In this document: in pieces, positions 1 to 9,845 of the stretch | How the letters are laid out: each line of letters opens with the position of its first letter | How positions within the stretch are numbered: position 1 is the first letter of the stretch | DNA from: Minisyncoccota bacterium | Lineage (GTDB): Bacteria > Patescibacteriota > Minisyncoccia > Phycocordibacterales > JABMNX01 | DNA: 64,000 bases | Assembly (NCBI GenBank): GCA_026195275.1 | Contig: JAPHQU010000002.1 | Coordinates: 5,964 to 69,963, forward strand | Reading direction: 5' to 3' | Notes under the pieces: generated by a model | Databases searched by the model: none | What the model saw: the letters and a program-made list of their open reading frames with translations, nothing else | What the model was told of the DNA's origin: nothing | Program-made: the position numbers and the translations under genes

Positions 1-148
1 CTCACACGCTCCTCGCTCGAAATTATAATGACGAGGTCGTAGGTTTTGCGCAAGAGCACTTCTTATTTACTAACTCACTAGCTCGTAAGTAAATAAAGTC
101 GAAGACGTCAGGCCCAATCACTCACTTGGAGGTCCGACCCCCAAGCAC

Positions 149-176
149 ACAATCATACGATATATCGTATGATTGT
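149..176. repeat. 28-bp perfect palindrome ACAATCATACGATA|TATCGTATGATTGT with the same core as the arrays at 51.5-52.2 kb
   Basis: Read directly; core TCATACGATATATCGTATGA is identical to the copies at 51493, 51544, 51595 and 52160. Confidence 0.95.
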
Positions 177-390
177 AATTTGAGAAATACATCTTTTAAA
201 GATACATAAAAATACAAGGACTAAAAACACAAGGACCGCCCTTGTATAGACAAAACAAAGTCGAAGCCGTTTAAAACCCACTCACACCCCAAGCGACCGC
301 GGCCTATTCTACACCCCCACAAATCAATAAATTCTTGACTTTTCTTCGTTAGAGGAGTTTACTGGGTGTAGTCAGAAACAGGAGGGACTA

Positions 391-513
391 ATGAAAGAGC
401 AGCCGTCTGCCCTTGGCTACATCCTCGATGTCATGTTGGGTTTTTTCTTCGAGATTCCGCCGGAAATGTTGAAGCCCAAGAAGAAGTACCTTAGACGCCA
501 GGAGGGCCTCTAA
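391..513 (+). CDS. small 40-aa protein MKEQPSALGYILDVMLGFFFEIPPEMLKPKKKYLRRQEGL, below the ORF-track cutoff
   Basis: GGAGGG just upstream of ATG; TTGACT-17bp-TTTACT promoter-like pair (335-363); hairpin right after the stop. Confidence 0.5.
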   Translation: MKEQPSALGYILDVMLGFFFEIPPEMLKPKKKYLRRQEGL

Positions 514-520
514 GGCACAC

Positions 521-559
521 GCCGACCGCACCAATTTGGTAGCGGTCGGCATTTTGTTT
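521..559 (+). terminator. intrinsic terminator-like hairpin
   Basis: GCCGACCGC...GCGGTCGGC followed by ATTTTGTTT. Confidence 0.7.
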
Positions 560-574
560 CTGTATGATGATGCT

Positions 575-1249
575 ATGCCAAAACTCTATGTCGTTGGAAC
601 CCCAATCGGGAACCTGAAAGATATCTCCCAGCGAGCGCTCGAAGCACTTGGGTCTGTTGATTTGATCTTGTGCGAGGACACACGAGTGACAAAGAAGCTA
701 CTCGCGCATTACGGGATCGAGAAGCCGATGAAGCGCATGGACGCACATATCGAGGCTTCATCGGCGGGGAAGGTTACTGACCTCTTTGAATCTTACGAAA
801 GAATTGCACTTGTATCTGACGCCGGCACCCCAACACTCTCCGACCCGGGCGATCGGCTCGTGCGCGCTGCGCGTAGTGCTGGTGTTGCTATTGAGGTAGT
901 GCCCGGACCTGCTGCTCTCACTGCGGCACTCTCAGTGTCTGGATTACCCGCGTCCGAGTTCACTTTCCTCGGTTTTGTGCCACATAAAAAAGGAAGAGAG
1001 AAGCTTTTTGCTGAGGTGGCAGAATCCACTCGCACTATAGTGATGTACGAATCTCCACATCGAATCATGAAGACCCTCAGCTCGCTTGTGACACACCTCT
1101 CGTCGGAGCGCACAGTTGTGGTGGCGCGTGAACTCACGAAGCTGTATGAGTCAACTATCTCCGGTACGCCGCAGGAGGTCTTCGACCATTTCACTGCGTA
1201 CGAAGAGGAGCAGCGCGGAGAGTTCGTGGTGATCGTCTCTGGCGTATAG
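575..1249 (+). CDS. rsmI: 16S rRNA (cytidine1402-2'-O)-methyltransferase
   Basis: LYVVGTPIGNLKDIS, CEDTR, VSDAGTP.LSDPG, YESPHRI, ARELTKLYE motifs; start moved to ATG 575. Confidence 0.96.
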   Translation: MPKLYVVGTPIGNLKDISQRALEALGSVDLILCEDTRVTKKLLAHYGIEKPMKRMDAHIEASSAGKVTDLFESYERIALVSDAGTPTLSDPGDRLVRAARSAGVAIEVVPGPAALTAALSVSGLPASEFTFLGFVPHKKGREKLFAEVAESTRTIVMYESPHRIMKTLSSLVTHLSSERTVVVARELTKLYESTISGTPQEVFDHFTAYEEEQRGEFVVIVSGV

Positions 1250-1297
1250 ACGAATATTTGATTTAGGATGCCTGCGCGCGGTATACTAGGGGTATAT

Positions 1298-1579
1298 ATG
1301 CAGAGCATGACCAAAAATTCAACCCTCATCTTCCTCGGTGTCCTTGTTGTTTTCTCTTCATTTCTTGGTATTCCCGGTTCATGGAAGATGGTAATTTTCA
1401 ACTTTCTTGGTTTACTCATAATCATTACCGCGGCACTCCTCCGTCGTGATATCACCTCAGGTTCCCTTTGTGCGCATTTAACCGAAGAGAAGCATACCGA
1501 TAGTTACCGTCAGACTGGGGTGTTGCGTCCGGATGACACACATGAGCATGGAGAGAGCACTACAGGAAATCAAGAATAA
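1298..1579 (+). CDS. small two-TM membrane protein
   Basis: Two hydrophobic helices (LIFLGVLVVFSSFLGIP; VIFNFLGLLIIITAALL); TATACT box upstream of the start. Confidence 0.7.
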   Translation: MQSMTKNSTLIFLGVLVVFSSFLGIPGSWKMVIFNFLGLLIIITAALLRRDITSGSLCAHLTEEKHTDSYRQTGVLRPDDTHEHGESTTGNQE

Positions 1580-2864
1580 TACTCGAGCCTACCTCTTCGG
1601 TGCTCTTTTTGTCGGGCTTCTTTCCGGAGCGTATTTCGGGGTGCCTGTGATATTGCCGGTTTCTTATTCATCACCCGAGGTGGCGGATTCGGCGGCTGTT
1701 GCCTCAGTAGAAGAGGAAAGAAAAGAAAGTATATCGCACGCCTCTCATATTCCGACACCTGAAGCAGTGAAAGCGATCTACATGTCGCAGTGCGTCGTGG
1801 GCACACCTTCTTTCCGAGACTCCCTCATCACACTTATTGAGGAGACCGAGCTCAATTCTGTGGTCATCGACATCAAGGACTACACCGGCAAGATTGCGTT
1901 TGAGACTGAACACCCACTCCTCAAGAGTTTTGTCTCTGACGAGTGTGGTGCCCGTGATATGCGTGGTTTTATAGAGACACTCCACGAGAAGGAGATTTAC
2001 GTTATTGGGCGCATCACTGTTTTCCAAGATCCATTTTACGCGGAGATACACCCCGAATTGGCAGTGCAGAGCGTAAGCGGTTCCGGGACCCCGTGGGTCG
2101 ACTACAAAGGGCTCTCGTTTATCGACGTGAGCTCAAAGCCATTCTGGGAATATATCGTTGCGCTCTCAAAAGAATCATACGAAATCGGTTTTGATGAGCT
2201 TAACTACGATTATATTCGCTATCCGTCTGATGGACCGATGAAGGATGCAAAATTCGTAAACGATAACAAATCAGAAGCGCTTGAGATCTTCTTTAAGTAC
2301 CTCTACGAAGAGGTGCACCCGATTGGTGTGAAGATGTCTGCAGACCTCTTCGGGTATACCGCGATCTTCACCAATGACCTCGGCATTGGTCAGCAGCTTG
2401 AGCGCGCGTTGCCATATTTCGATTACATTGCACCAATGGTCTACCCATCGCACTACAACAAAGGTTTTGCCGGACTCGAAAACCCGAACACTGATCCATA
2501 CAAAGTCGTATTCACCTCAATGGAAGAAGCAGTGCGACGTACTCTTGCAAAAGAGACCGTTGTAGAGACTTTGGATGGGGAAGAAGTGTTCACGAGTGAA
2601 GTAATCCCCGCGCATTATGCTGAGGACGTGGGTTTTGTCGCAACCAGTACGCGTCAGGTAGTGACCGGGTACTACACAAAACCCGTCTATGATATACAGA
2701 AGCTTCGCCCCTGGCTTCAGGACTTCGACTACGGCGGTGACTATGACATTGAGGAGGTTCGCGCGCAGATCCAGGCAACGTACGACACCAGCCTCACCAG
2801 TTGGATGTTGTGGAGTCCGAGCAACCGCTATACACGCGGAGCGCTTGAACCCGCCCAAGAATAG
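1533..2864 (+). CDS. membrane-anchored putative glycoside hydrolase (DUF4015-like TIM barrel)
   Basis: N-terminal TM; NSVVIDIKDYTG, GFDELNYDYIRYP, PMVYPSHY, RPWLQDF, WMLWSPSNRY motifs. Confidence 0.85.
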   Translation: MTHMSMERALQEIKNNTRAYLFGALFVGLLSGAYFGVPVILPVSYSSPEVADSAAVASVEEERKESISHASHIPTPEAVKAIYMSQCVVGTPSFRDSLITLIEETELNSVVIDIKDYTGKIAFETEHPLLKSFVSDECGARDMRGFIETLHEKEIYVIGRITVFQDPFYAEIHPELAVQSVSGSGTPWVDYKGLSFIDVSSKPFWEYIVALSKESYEIGFDELNYDYIRYPSDGPMKDAKFVNDNKSEALEIFFKYLYEEVHPIGVKMSADLFGYTAIFTNDLGIGQQLERALPYFDYIAPMVYPSHYNKGFAGLENPNTDPYKVVFTSMEEAVRRTLAKETVVETLDGEEVFTSEVIPAHYAEDVGFVATSTRQVVTGYYTKPVYDIQKLRPWLQDFDYGGDYDIEEVRAQIQATYDTSLTSWMLWSPSNRYTRGALEPAQE

Positions 2865-2879
2865 GAGTACGATAAAAGT

Positions 2880-3032
2880 GGTATGGAGGTTATCTCCATG
2901 TCTTTCTCGAAAGGAGGTGAGTCCGTTATCTCCCAGAGAGCCAGCATAGCTGGGGTTACCGCTCTCACACGTGCGGTTTCAATAGGCGAAGGAGGTTTTC
3001 ATCAAAGGCGCGCCCACAGGGCGCGCCTCTTC
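2880..3032 (+). ncRNA. candidate structured sRNA/leader with three GGAGGT motifs
   Basis: TTGAAC-17bp-TACGAT promoter (2845-2873), several hairpins, terminal AGGCGCGCCC-ACA-GGGCGCGCCT stem. Confidence 0.4.
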
Positions 3033-3127
3033 ATATCCCAAAGAGACACTCATTCTCATTGTATAAATAGGTATTTCTTTGTTTTACTCTTTCAACTTTC
3101 AACTTTTTACTTTACACTTGTTGATAT

Positions 3128-5041
3128 ATGGATGATCTCCAAAAAGTAACCTATATCGGCGCCACAGACGCGCGTGGCAAACGACAGCCTTTCGGTATCA
3201 AAGCGCTTGATCGCGCCAAGCACATGTATGTGATCGGCAAGACCGGTATGGGCAAGTCGACCTTGCTTGAGAATATGGCGATCCAGGACATCCAACATGG
3301 GAATGGCTTGGGCTTCATTGACCCACACGGCTCGACCGCTGAGAAACTCCTTGACTACGTGCCCGAGAATCGCATCAAGGACGTGATCTACTTCGCGCCG
3401 TTTGATATGGATTACCCGATCGCCTTTAACGTCATGGAGGATGTTGGCTACGACAAGCGACACCTCGTTGTCTCGGGACTCATGTCGACCTTTAAGAAGA
3501 TCTGGGTTGATGCGTGGTCGGCGCGTATGGAATACATTCTTACCAACGTGCTCCTTGCGCTCCTTGAGTATCCTGATTCGACACTCCTTGATGTGAATAA
3601 GATGCTCACCAACAAAGCCTTCCGCAAGAAAGTGGTTGAGAATATAACCGACCCCATCGTAAAGGATTTCTGGACGGTTGAGTTCGCAGGCTATACCGAC
3701 CGGTACACCCAAGAGGCAACCCCGGCAATTCAGAATAAGATCGGGCAATTTACCAGCAATCCGCTCATCCGCAACATCGTTGGGCAGCCAAAGTCGAGTT
3801 TTGATATGCGTGAAATCTTGGACTCCAAGAAGATATTCATTGCAAACCTCTCCAAAGGGCGCATGGGGGAGACTAACGCCGCACTTCTTGGAAGTATGCT
3901 TACCACCAAGATCTATCTCTCAGCCATGAGCCGCGCCGACGAGCCAGCTTCAGTTCAAGCGAAGCTCCCGCCTTTTTATTTCTATGTGGATGAGTTCCAA
4001 TCAATCGCGAACGAGTCGTTCGCCGACATTCTCTCTGAGGCCAGGAAGTACAAGCTCGCGCTCACAATCGCACACCAGTACGTCGAGCAGATGGAGGAGA
4101 ATGTGCGCAACGCCGTCTTTGGCAACGTGGGTAGCACGATCGCGTTTCGTGTCGGGCCGTTTGATGCTGAAGTGCTTGAAACCATCTTCCAACCCAAGTT
4201 CATGGCGGAAGACCTGGTCGGGCTCGGCTTTGCACAGATCTATCTCACACTTATGATCGATGGGGTTGGGTCAGCCCCTTTTTCCGCAACCACCCTGCCG
4301 CCAATTGAAGAGCCGGAGATTACCTTTAAGGATGAGGCTATCAAAACATCGCGCAGTGCATATGGTCGGTCGCGCGCCGAGGTTGAGCAAGTTATCTCTG
4401 ACCGCAACAAGGAGGAGCTACCTGAGCCGCCGATGGGTGGCATGAAGAAGAAAGGAGGACAAGGAACTCCACAGAAAAACAGTACTCAACCAAAAGGGCC
4501 GATAGTCCACAGCACAAGCGGAGCACGGAAGGAGAAGACAACTATCCCACTTGCTGCGCTTAAAATGCATCAAAAACCGAATGACAAAGGTCCGAGTCCC
4601 GAACAACGATCAGCACTCAAGGAGGCCCTAATGTCGGCTCAAAAAAAGGGAATCACGGGTGCACCCTCTGCTCCAAAGGAGCCTAAGTCACAAGAGAATC
4701 ATTCACAACCGCAGCGAAGAGGCGCTCCTGAGGGGGCAGTTTTACACACTATGGAACGCGATTCACAACAGCCGGAACCAGCTTCAGAAAAAAAGGAACA
4801 AAGACCTACTCCACCTGAAATAAAGAGAGGACAATCTTCAGCACCCCAGAAGGAAGAGCAAAAGGCGGTTCAACATAAAGAAACCGCCGCACAGAAACCG
4901 CCGCAAGGACCTCCCCAAAAAGAGACACCAGAAGAGGTCTCGACACAAACTCTTTCTCCCGAGCAGAAGATTCAAGCAGAAGGCTCGCCCGGAGAGGTGC
5001 CACTTGATGTGCTCGAAGATATATTAAAGGACGACAAATAA
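3128..5041 (+). CDS. VirD4/TraG/VirB4-like (HerA-FtsK superfamily) ATPase with a disordered Q/P/K-rich C-tail
   Basis: HMYVIGKTGMGKS (Walker A), IDPHG, YFYVDEFQ (Walker B), LSEARKYKL.L.IAHQY, AVFGNVGS. Confidence 0.88.
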   Translation: MDDLQKVTYIGATDARGKRQPFGIKALDRAKHMYVIGKTGMGKSTLLENMAIQDIQHGNGLGFIDPHGSTAEKLLDYVPENRIKDVIYFAPFDMDYPIAFNVMEDVGYDKRHLVVSGLMSTFKKIWVDAWSARMEYILTNVLLALLEYPDSTLLDVNKMLTNKAFRKKVVENITDPIVKDFWTVEFAGYTDRYTQEATPAIQNKIGQFTSNPLIRNIVGQPKSSFDMREILDSKKIFIANLSKGRMGETNAALLGSMLTTKIYLSAMSRADEPASVQAKLPPFYFYVDEFQSIANESFADILSEARKYKLALTIAHQYVEQMEENVRNAVFGNVGSTIAFRVGPFDAEVLETIFQPKFMAEDLVGLGFAQIYLTLMIDGVGSAPFSATTLPPIEEPEITFKDEAIKTSRSAYGRSRAEVEQVISDRNKEELPEPPMGGMKKKGGQGTPQKNSTQPKGPIVHSTSGARKEKTTIPLAALKMHQKPNDKGPSPEQRSALKEALMSAQKKGITGAPSAPKEPKSQENHSQPQRRGAPEGAVLHTMERDSQQPEPASEKKEQRPTPPEIKRGQSSAPQKEEQKAVQHKETAAQKPPQGPPQKETPEEVSTQTLSPEQKIQAEGSPGEVPLDVLEDILKDDK

Positions 5042-5043
5042 AT

Positions 5044-6468
5044 GTGACACAGCGATACGTCAGAGGAATACTCCTAATATTGTTTTTTTGGAGTCTTCCT
5101 GTGGGTACGCATGCATCGGTGGTGTTCTCTGAGGTCATGTATGATCTTGAAGGGTCCGATGAAAAGAGAGAATGGGTTGAGATATTTAATACTGGAGTTG
5201 TAGCAGTTGATCTAGCCGAGTGGCGTTTTTTTGACGGGTCAAACCATATCTTAAACGAGCCACCCAAGAACGGCAGCTCCGGGTCGCTGATACTTGCTCC
5301 TGGCGAATACATGATACTCGCAAGTGACGCGGGCACTTTTTTGTCGGAGTATCAGGTGTCTGTGTCGGTGATTGATACGGTCATGAGTCTTGGTCAGAAG
5401 AATGATCGAGAGTATACAATTCAACTAATTGATGGCGACGGGGTGGTTGTTGATAGCATGACGTATACGACCGACCAAGGAAGTGAGGGGAACTCGCTCT
5501 CTTATGAAGGTTCTTCTTGGAAGGCGGGTTTTCCAAACCCCGGAGAGGGGGACCTTGCAGCAGATGACGCTTCTTCTGCTGAAGACAATCAGGAGACCAC
5601 TTCAGGGTCGGAGAACCTCAGGGACTTCCCAACAGAACCGCAGATAACTGCCTTCGCGGGCGATAATCGAGTGGTAACCGTTGGTGCTGATGCTGAGTTT
5701 AAAGGAACAGCGGCCGGTCTTCTGGGTGAGCCACTTGCGGGTGCACGCTATTTGTGGAACCTGGGCGACGGGAGCACAAGAGAAGGAGAGTCGGTTCTCT
5801 ATCATTACCAGTACCCCGGAGAATACATTGTCGTGCTCAACGTCTCCTCAGGGGAGTTCAGCGCGACAGATCACATTGTTGTCTCAGCGCTTCCTGCGCT
5901 CGTCTATATCACTGAGGCGACACCTGCGTATGTTGCGCTTACCAATAAGAGTGACCGCACGCTTGATCTCTCATGGTGGATCCTTAAATCAGGAAGTGAC
6001 ACATTTATGCTTCCCGAATACACGAGCATACTGCCTGGGCACACATTGAGGTTTGCCGCGTCAGTCACTGGATTGCGTCCACAGGGCGCCTCGGATACTG
6101 AGCTACAGTACCCAAACGGGCGCGCGGTAACCTTAGATGAATCAGTCGTCTCAGAGAACACCCAGGCATATGGTCGGGTGGGTGCACTGGAGGCAGAGAC
6201 TGTGCGCTCGGGCCGCTCGATTGTCGGCATGACCGTCTCACCGGGAGCTGAACCGGCAGTGAGGGAGACGGTCGAGGTTGTCCAAAGTGACGCCAGAGAA
6301 CCAAAGACACAAGAGCGTGAGGTGCTCACCGCTTCTGTGAGGAGCACTTCTGGGAAAACTAGTTCGTTTTGGTATATTCTCGCCTTGCTTGGCGTTATCG
6401 CGTTCGGTATTTTAAGCACACTCTTTGTCAGGAGGGCATCACAAGACGAAATTACCATACTAGAGTAG
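5044..6468 (+). CDS. secreted/anchored lamin-tail-domain + PKD-domain protein
   Basis: Signal peptide; SEVMYD..G....EWVEIFN (LTD); Y.W..GDG....G....Y.Y..PG.Y.V.L (PKD); second LTD; C-terminal TM. Confidence 0.8.
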   Translation: MTQRYVRGILLILFFWSLPVGTHASVVFSEVMYDLEGSDEKREWVEIFNTGVVAVDLAEWRFFDGSNHILNEPPKNGSSGSLILAPGEYMILASDAGTFLSEYQVSVSVIDTVMSLGQKNDREYTIQLIDGDGVVVDSMTYTTDQGSEGNSLSYEGSSWKAGFPNPGEGDLAADDASSAEDNQETTSGSENLRDFPTEPQITAFAGDNRVVTVGADAEFKGTAAGLLGEPLAGARYLWNLGDGSTREGESVLYHYQYPGEYIVVLNVSSGEFSATDHIVVSALPALVYITEATPAYVALTNKSDRTLDLSWWILKSGSDTFMLPEYTSILPGHTLRFAASVTGLRPQGASDTELQYPNGRAVTLDESVVSENTQAYGRVGALEAETVRSGRSIVGMTVSPGAEPAVRETVEVVQSDAREPKTQEREVLTASVRSTSGKTSSFWYILALLGVIAFGILSTLFVRRASQDEITILE

Positions 6469-6498
6469 GCACCCTTTCTATTGTATAGTTGAGATATT

Positions 6499-7794
6499 AT
6501 GGCTACCGTACGGAAGATAAAGACAGGCACAACCACACCAAAACGAGACAAGACAACGGCTTCGCGCCCCAAGAAGCGCGCGCTCATATTCTCCATGACC
6601 TACCAACCGTTTGTTGGTGGAGCCGAGGTTGCGGTACGTGAGATCACCGACCGGGTCTCGAAAGACGAGATCGAATTTCATATGATAACGCTCAGGTTCG
6701 ACAGTGCACTCCCAGAGGTTGAGCAAATTGGGAATGTGCTCGTGCATCGTATTGGGTTTGCTCGTCCACACCCCTCTCCTGAGGGTCTCAAGCAATTTCC
6801 ACTTCACCTCAACAAGCTCTACTACCAGGTAGCTGCGGCGCTTCGTGCAAGCCTGCTTCACCGGAAATATCACTATGATGCGACCTGGGCGATCATGGCG
6901 CATAGTGCAGGGGTCCCCGCAGCACTCTTTAAGATGAGCCACCCGCAGGTCCCGTATCTCCTCACACTCCAAGAAGGTGATCCGGTTGAGCACATTAAAC
7001 GGGTGATGCTCCCGCTCTACCCGCTCTTTGTTCGTGCATTTAAGCGCGCCGATCAACTCCAGGCAATCTCGACCCACCTCGCTTCGTGGGGGACAGCGAT
7101 GGGTTTCCATGGGAAGCCGGTGGTTATCCCAAACGGCGTTGATATCAATCGCTTCAGCAAGGAGTATCCGCGGCGCGAGCTTGAAGAGCTAAAACAGAAG
7201 CTCGACAAGAAGGTGAACTCAATCTTTTTAGTGACCACCTCACGGCTCGTTGAGAAGAACGGAATTGATACCGTGATACACGCACTTGTGAAGCTGCCGC
7301 CACAGGTATCATTCCTGGTACTCGGCGAGGGGCCCGAAGAAGAGAGGCTCAAAGCGCTCGCGCGCAATCTCGGGGTCATGAGTCGAGTGCGCTTTCTTGG
7401 GCACGTCCCACAAAAGGAGATCCCCAAGTATCTCAAGGTGTCAGAGATATTCATCAGACCTTCGCGTTCAGAGGGTATGGGCAACTCGTTCATCGAAGCA
7501 ATGGCGTCAGGGACACCGGTTATTGCGACACAGGTTGGAGGCATAACCGATTTTATTTTTGACCCTGACCGGAACCCCGACGTAAAGCCGACCGGACTTG
7601 CAGTCGACGTTGACGACTCGGCGGCAGTAGCCGAGCAGGTGCTTCGCTACAGCTCCGATGTGCTTTTGCGGCGGGAGATCACAGACAACGCCCACGCACT
7701 CGTAGAAGCGCGGTATGATTGGAAGCTCATTGTGCGCGCAATGCACGAGAAGGTGTTTACACCGCTTTTCTCGAAAACAACAGCGAGAAAATAA
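6499..7794 (+). CDS. glycosyltransferase family 4
   Basis: GGAE, IPNGVD, SRLVEKNG, SRSEGMGNSFIEAMASG.PVI. Confidence 0.93.
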   Translation: MATVRKIKTGTTTPKRDKTTASRPKKRALIFSMTYQPFVGGAEVAVREITDRVSKDEIEFHMITLRFDSALPEVEQIGNVLVHRIGFARPHPSPEGLKQFPLHLNKLYYQVAAALRASLLHRKYHYDATWAIMAHSAGVPAALFKMSHPQVPYLLTLQEGDPVEHIKRVMLPLYPLFVRAFKRADQLQAISTHLASWGTAMGFHGKPVVIPNGVDINRFSKEYPRRELEELKQKLDKKVNSIFLVTTSRLVEKNGIDTVIHALVKLPPQVSFLVLGEGPEEERLKALARNLGVMSRVRFLGHVPQKEIPKYLKVSEIFIRPSRSEGMGNSFIEAMASGTPVIATQVGGITDFIFDPDRNPDVKPTGLAVDVDDSAAVAEQVLRYSSDVLLRREITDNAHALVEARYDWKLIVRAMHEKVFTPLFSKTTARK

Positions 7795-7795
7795 T

Positions 7796-8941
7796 ATGAA
7801 TACCCAACGTACAATAAACCTCCTCATCGCTACCGGGGCATACCCGCCGGATATTGGTGGCCCGGCGACCTATGTGAAAATTCTCGAAGAAGAGCTTCCT
7901 CAAGAGGGGTTTGTGGTTTCTGCTCTGCCATTCGGGCGTGTACGCCGACTCCCGCGCTTCATTCGTCACGTTGCGTATGGATTCCTACTCTTTAGAGAAG
8001 GTCGCCACGCTGACATAATCTACGCGCTTGACCCGGTGAGTGTTGGGCTTCCCGCGGTGCTCATAGCACGCGCGCTGAGGAAGCGATTTATTGTACGCAT
8101 CGCAGGTGATTATGCATGGGAGCAGGGGGTGCAGCGCTTTAAGGTGAAAGATCATCTCGACGTGTTCTCAAAGAAGAATGATGAGTATCTACTTCCGATA
8201 CTTATACTCAAGTGGATACAGAAGTGGGTCGCGGAGAGTGCTGAGCGCGTCATTGTGCCGAGCGCGTACTTCAAAGGAGTCGTGAGTAATTGGGGGGTTG
8301 ATGAGGATCATATTGTTGTCATCTACACAGTTGTTGATGACATTGCGTCTCAAGGGAGGCGTGACTGGCTCCGCGAGATGGTGAAGTTCGACGGGAAGAT
8401 GCTCGTGAGCGCAGGGCGTCTCGTTCCATGGAAAGGGTTTGAGGCACTAATCGAGCTTGTACCCAAACTCGTCTCTCGCTACCCAGATTTTAAACTTCTT
8501 ATCGCTGGCGATGGCCCCGATTTTCACAAGCTCGATACAATGGTGTCACGGAAGAAACTCGACGAGTATGTAGCGCTCACTGGTTCACTCGAGAAAGCCG
8601 TGCTCTTTAAGTACATTCGCATGGCGGATGTCTTTGTACTAAATACCAATTACGAAGGTCTCTCGCATCAGCTTCTTGAGACCATGGCGATCGGCACACC
8701 TGTTGTCACCACGCGTGTCGGTGGCAACCCGGAGCTTATCAAGCATGAGAAGAACGGCCTTTTAGTTAAGTATAATAATAAGAATCAGCTGTTTGAGGCT
8801 ATTGTACGTTTGCTCGACAATGAAGGGGAGTCACAGCGCTTTGTGCGCAATGCACGCGAGACACTCAAGAAGTTCTCAGTTGAGCAGATGATCCCGAAGC
8901 TAGTAACTATTTTACGAGAAGACCATGGAAAGCAAACCTAA
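7796..8941 (+). CDS. glycosyltransferase family 4
   Basis: YPPDIGGPATY, GRLVPWKG, YEGLSHQLLETMAIGTPVV; start moved to ATG 7796. Confidence 0.92.
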   Translation: MNTQRTINLLIATGAYPPDIGGPATYVKILEEELPQEGFVVSALPFGRVRRLPRFIRHVAYGFLLFREGRHADIIYALDPVSVGLPAVLIARALRKRFIVRIAGDYAWEQGVQRFKVKDHLDVFSKKNDEYLLPILILKWIQKWVAESAERVIVPSAYFKGVVSNWGVDEDHIVVIYTVVDDIASQGRRDWLREMVKFDGKMLVSAGRLVPWKGFEALIELVPKLVSRYPDFKLLIAGDGPDFHKLDTMVSRKKLDEYVALTGSLEKAVLFKYIRMADVFVLNTNYEGLSHQLLETMAIGTPVVTTRVGGNPELIKHEKNGLLVKYNNKNQLFEAIVRLLDNEGESQRFVRNARETLKKFSVEQMIPKLVTILREDHGKQT

Positions 8942-9845
8942 GGTACTCATGATAACCGCCGACGGGAATCTTGGCGTTCCCGGCACCGAGGCGAATCAAC
9001 GACTTCTGCTCCAAGAGAAGTATGCCGACATCACGCCGGTGTTTTGGGGACGTGGTGCACTCATACTTCCGTTTAGGGTCGGCGGCGCATTCGACGTGGT
9101 CTCGGTCCAGGATCCGTTCTGGCGCGGATTGGTTGGACTTCTTTTGGCGCGGCGGAAGCAGGCACGACTCAACGTGCAGGTACACACCGATCTTGAGGCG
9201 CAAGGTCCTCTGCGCCACTCGCTCGCGCGTTTTGTGCTCCGCCACGCTGATTCAGTGCGTGTCGTCTCAGAGAAGTTGCGCGAGCAAGCTGAAGAGATGG
9301 GAGTTACCGCACCTATTTCGGTGCTCCCTATCTATATTGACATTGAGCGTTTCTGCTCAATTGAACGCGCGCCAAGAGGAGGAGAACACAAAACAATACT
9401 TTGGGTTGGACGCTTTGAAGAAGAGAAAGACCCGCTGCGCGCGATTGACGTTCTTAACGAAGTTCGTGAAGGAGGGGTTGATGCAAAGCTTGTGATGCTC
9501 GGCACAGGGAGTCTCGAGAACGAACTCAAAAAGCGCGCAGAGGAACTCCCGGTCACATTCGCGGGTTGGCAAGACCCAGCACCGTTTTACGCTTCCGCAG
9601 ACGTACTCCTCAACACCTCGCGCTACGAGGGGTATGGCGTCGCAATGGTCGAGGCGCTTGCCGCAGGGGTGCCGGTTATCGCACCCGACGTTGGTATTGC
9701 GCGAGAGGCCGGCGCCATAGTCGTGGATCGCGACAAGCTCGCAGAAGCGATCACCAACACGCTCCGCTCAGGCACACGTGGCGAACTTCAGTTGCCGCTT
9801 CTCTCACAAGAGGAGTGGGGCAGGCAGTGGTCAAAGACTCTATAA
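8925..9845 (+). CDS. glycosyltransferase family 4
   Basis: VGRFEEEKD, SRYEGYGVAMVEALAAGVPVI. Confidence 0.9.
   Translation: MESKPKVLMITADGNLGVPGTEANQRLLLQEKYADITPVFWGRGALILPFRVGGAFDVVSVQDPFWRGLVGLLLARRKQARLNVQVHTDLEAQGPLRHSLARFVLRHADSVRVVSEKLREQAEEMGVTAPISVLPIYIDIERFCSIERAPRGGEHKTILWVGRFEEEKDPLRAIDVLNEVREGGVDAKLVMLGTGSLENELKKRAEELPVTFAGWQDPAPFYASADVLLNTSRYEGYGVAMVEALAAGVPVIAPDVGIAREAGAIVVDRDKLAEAITNTLRSGTRGELQLPLLSQEEWGRQWSKTL

Noticed and set aside
3128-5041. Conjugative element/ICE
   Set aside because: Lone ATPase with no relaxase, mating-pair genes or integrase; such ATPases are common in CPR chromosomes
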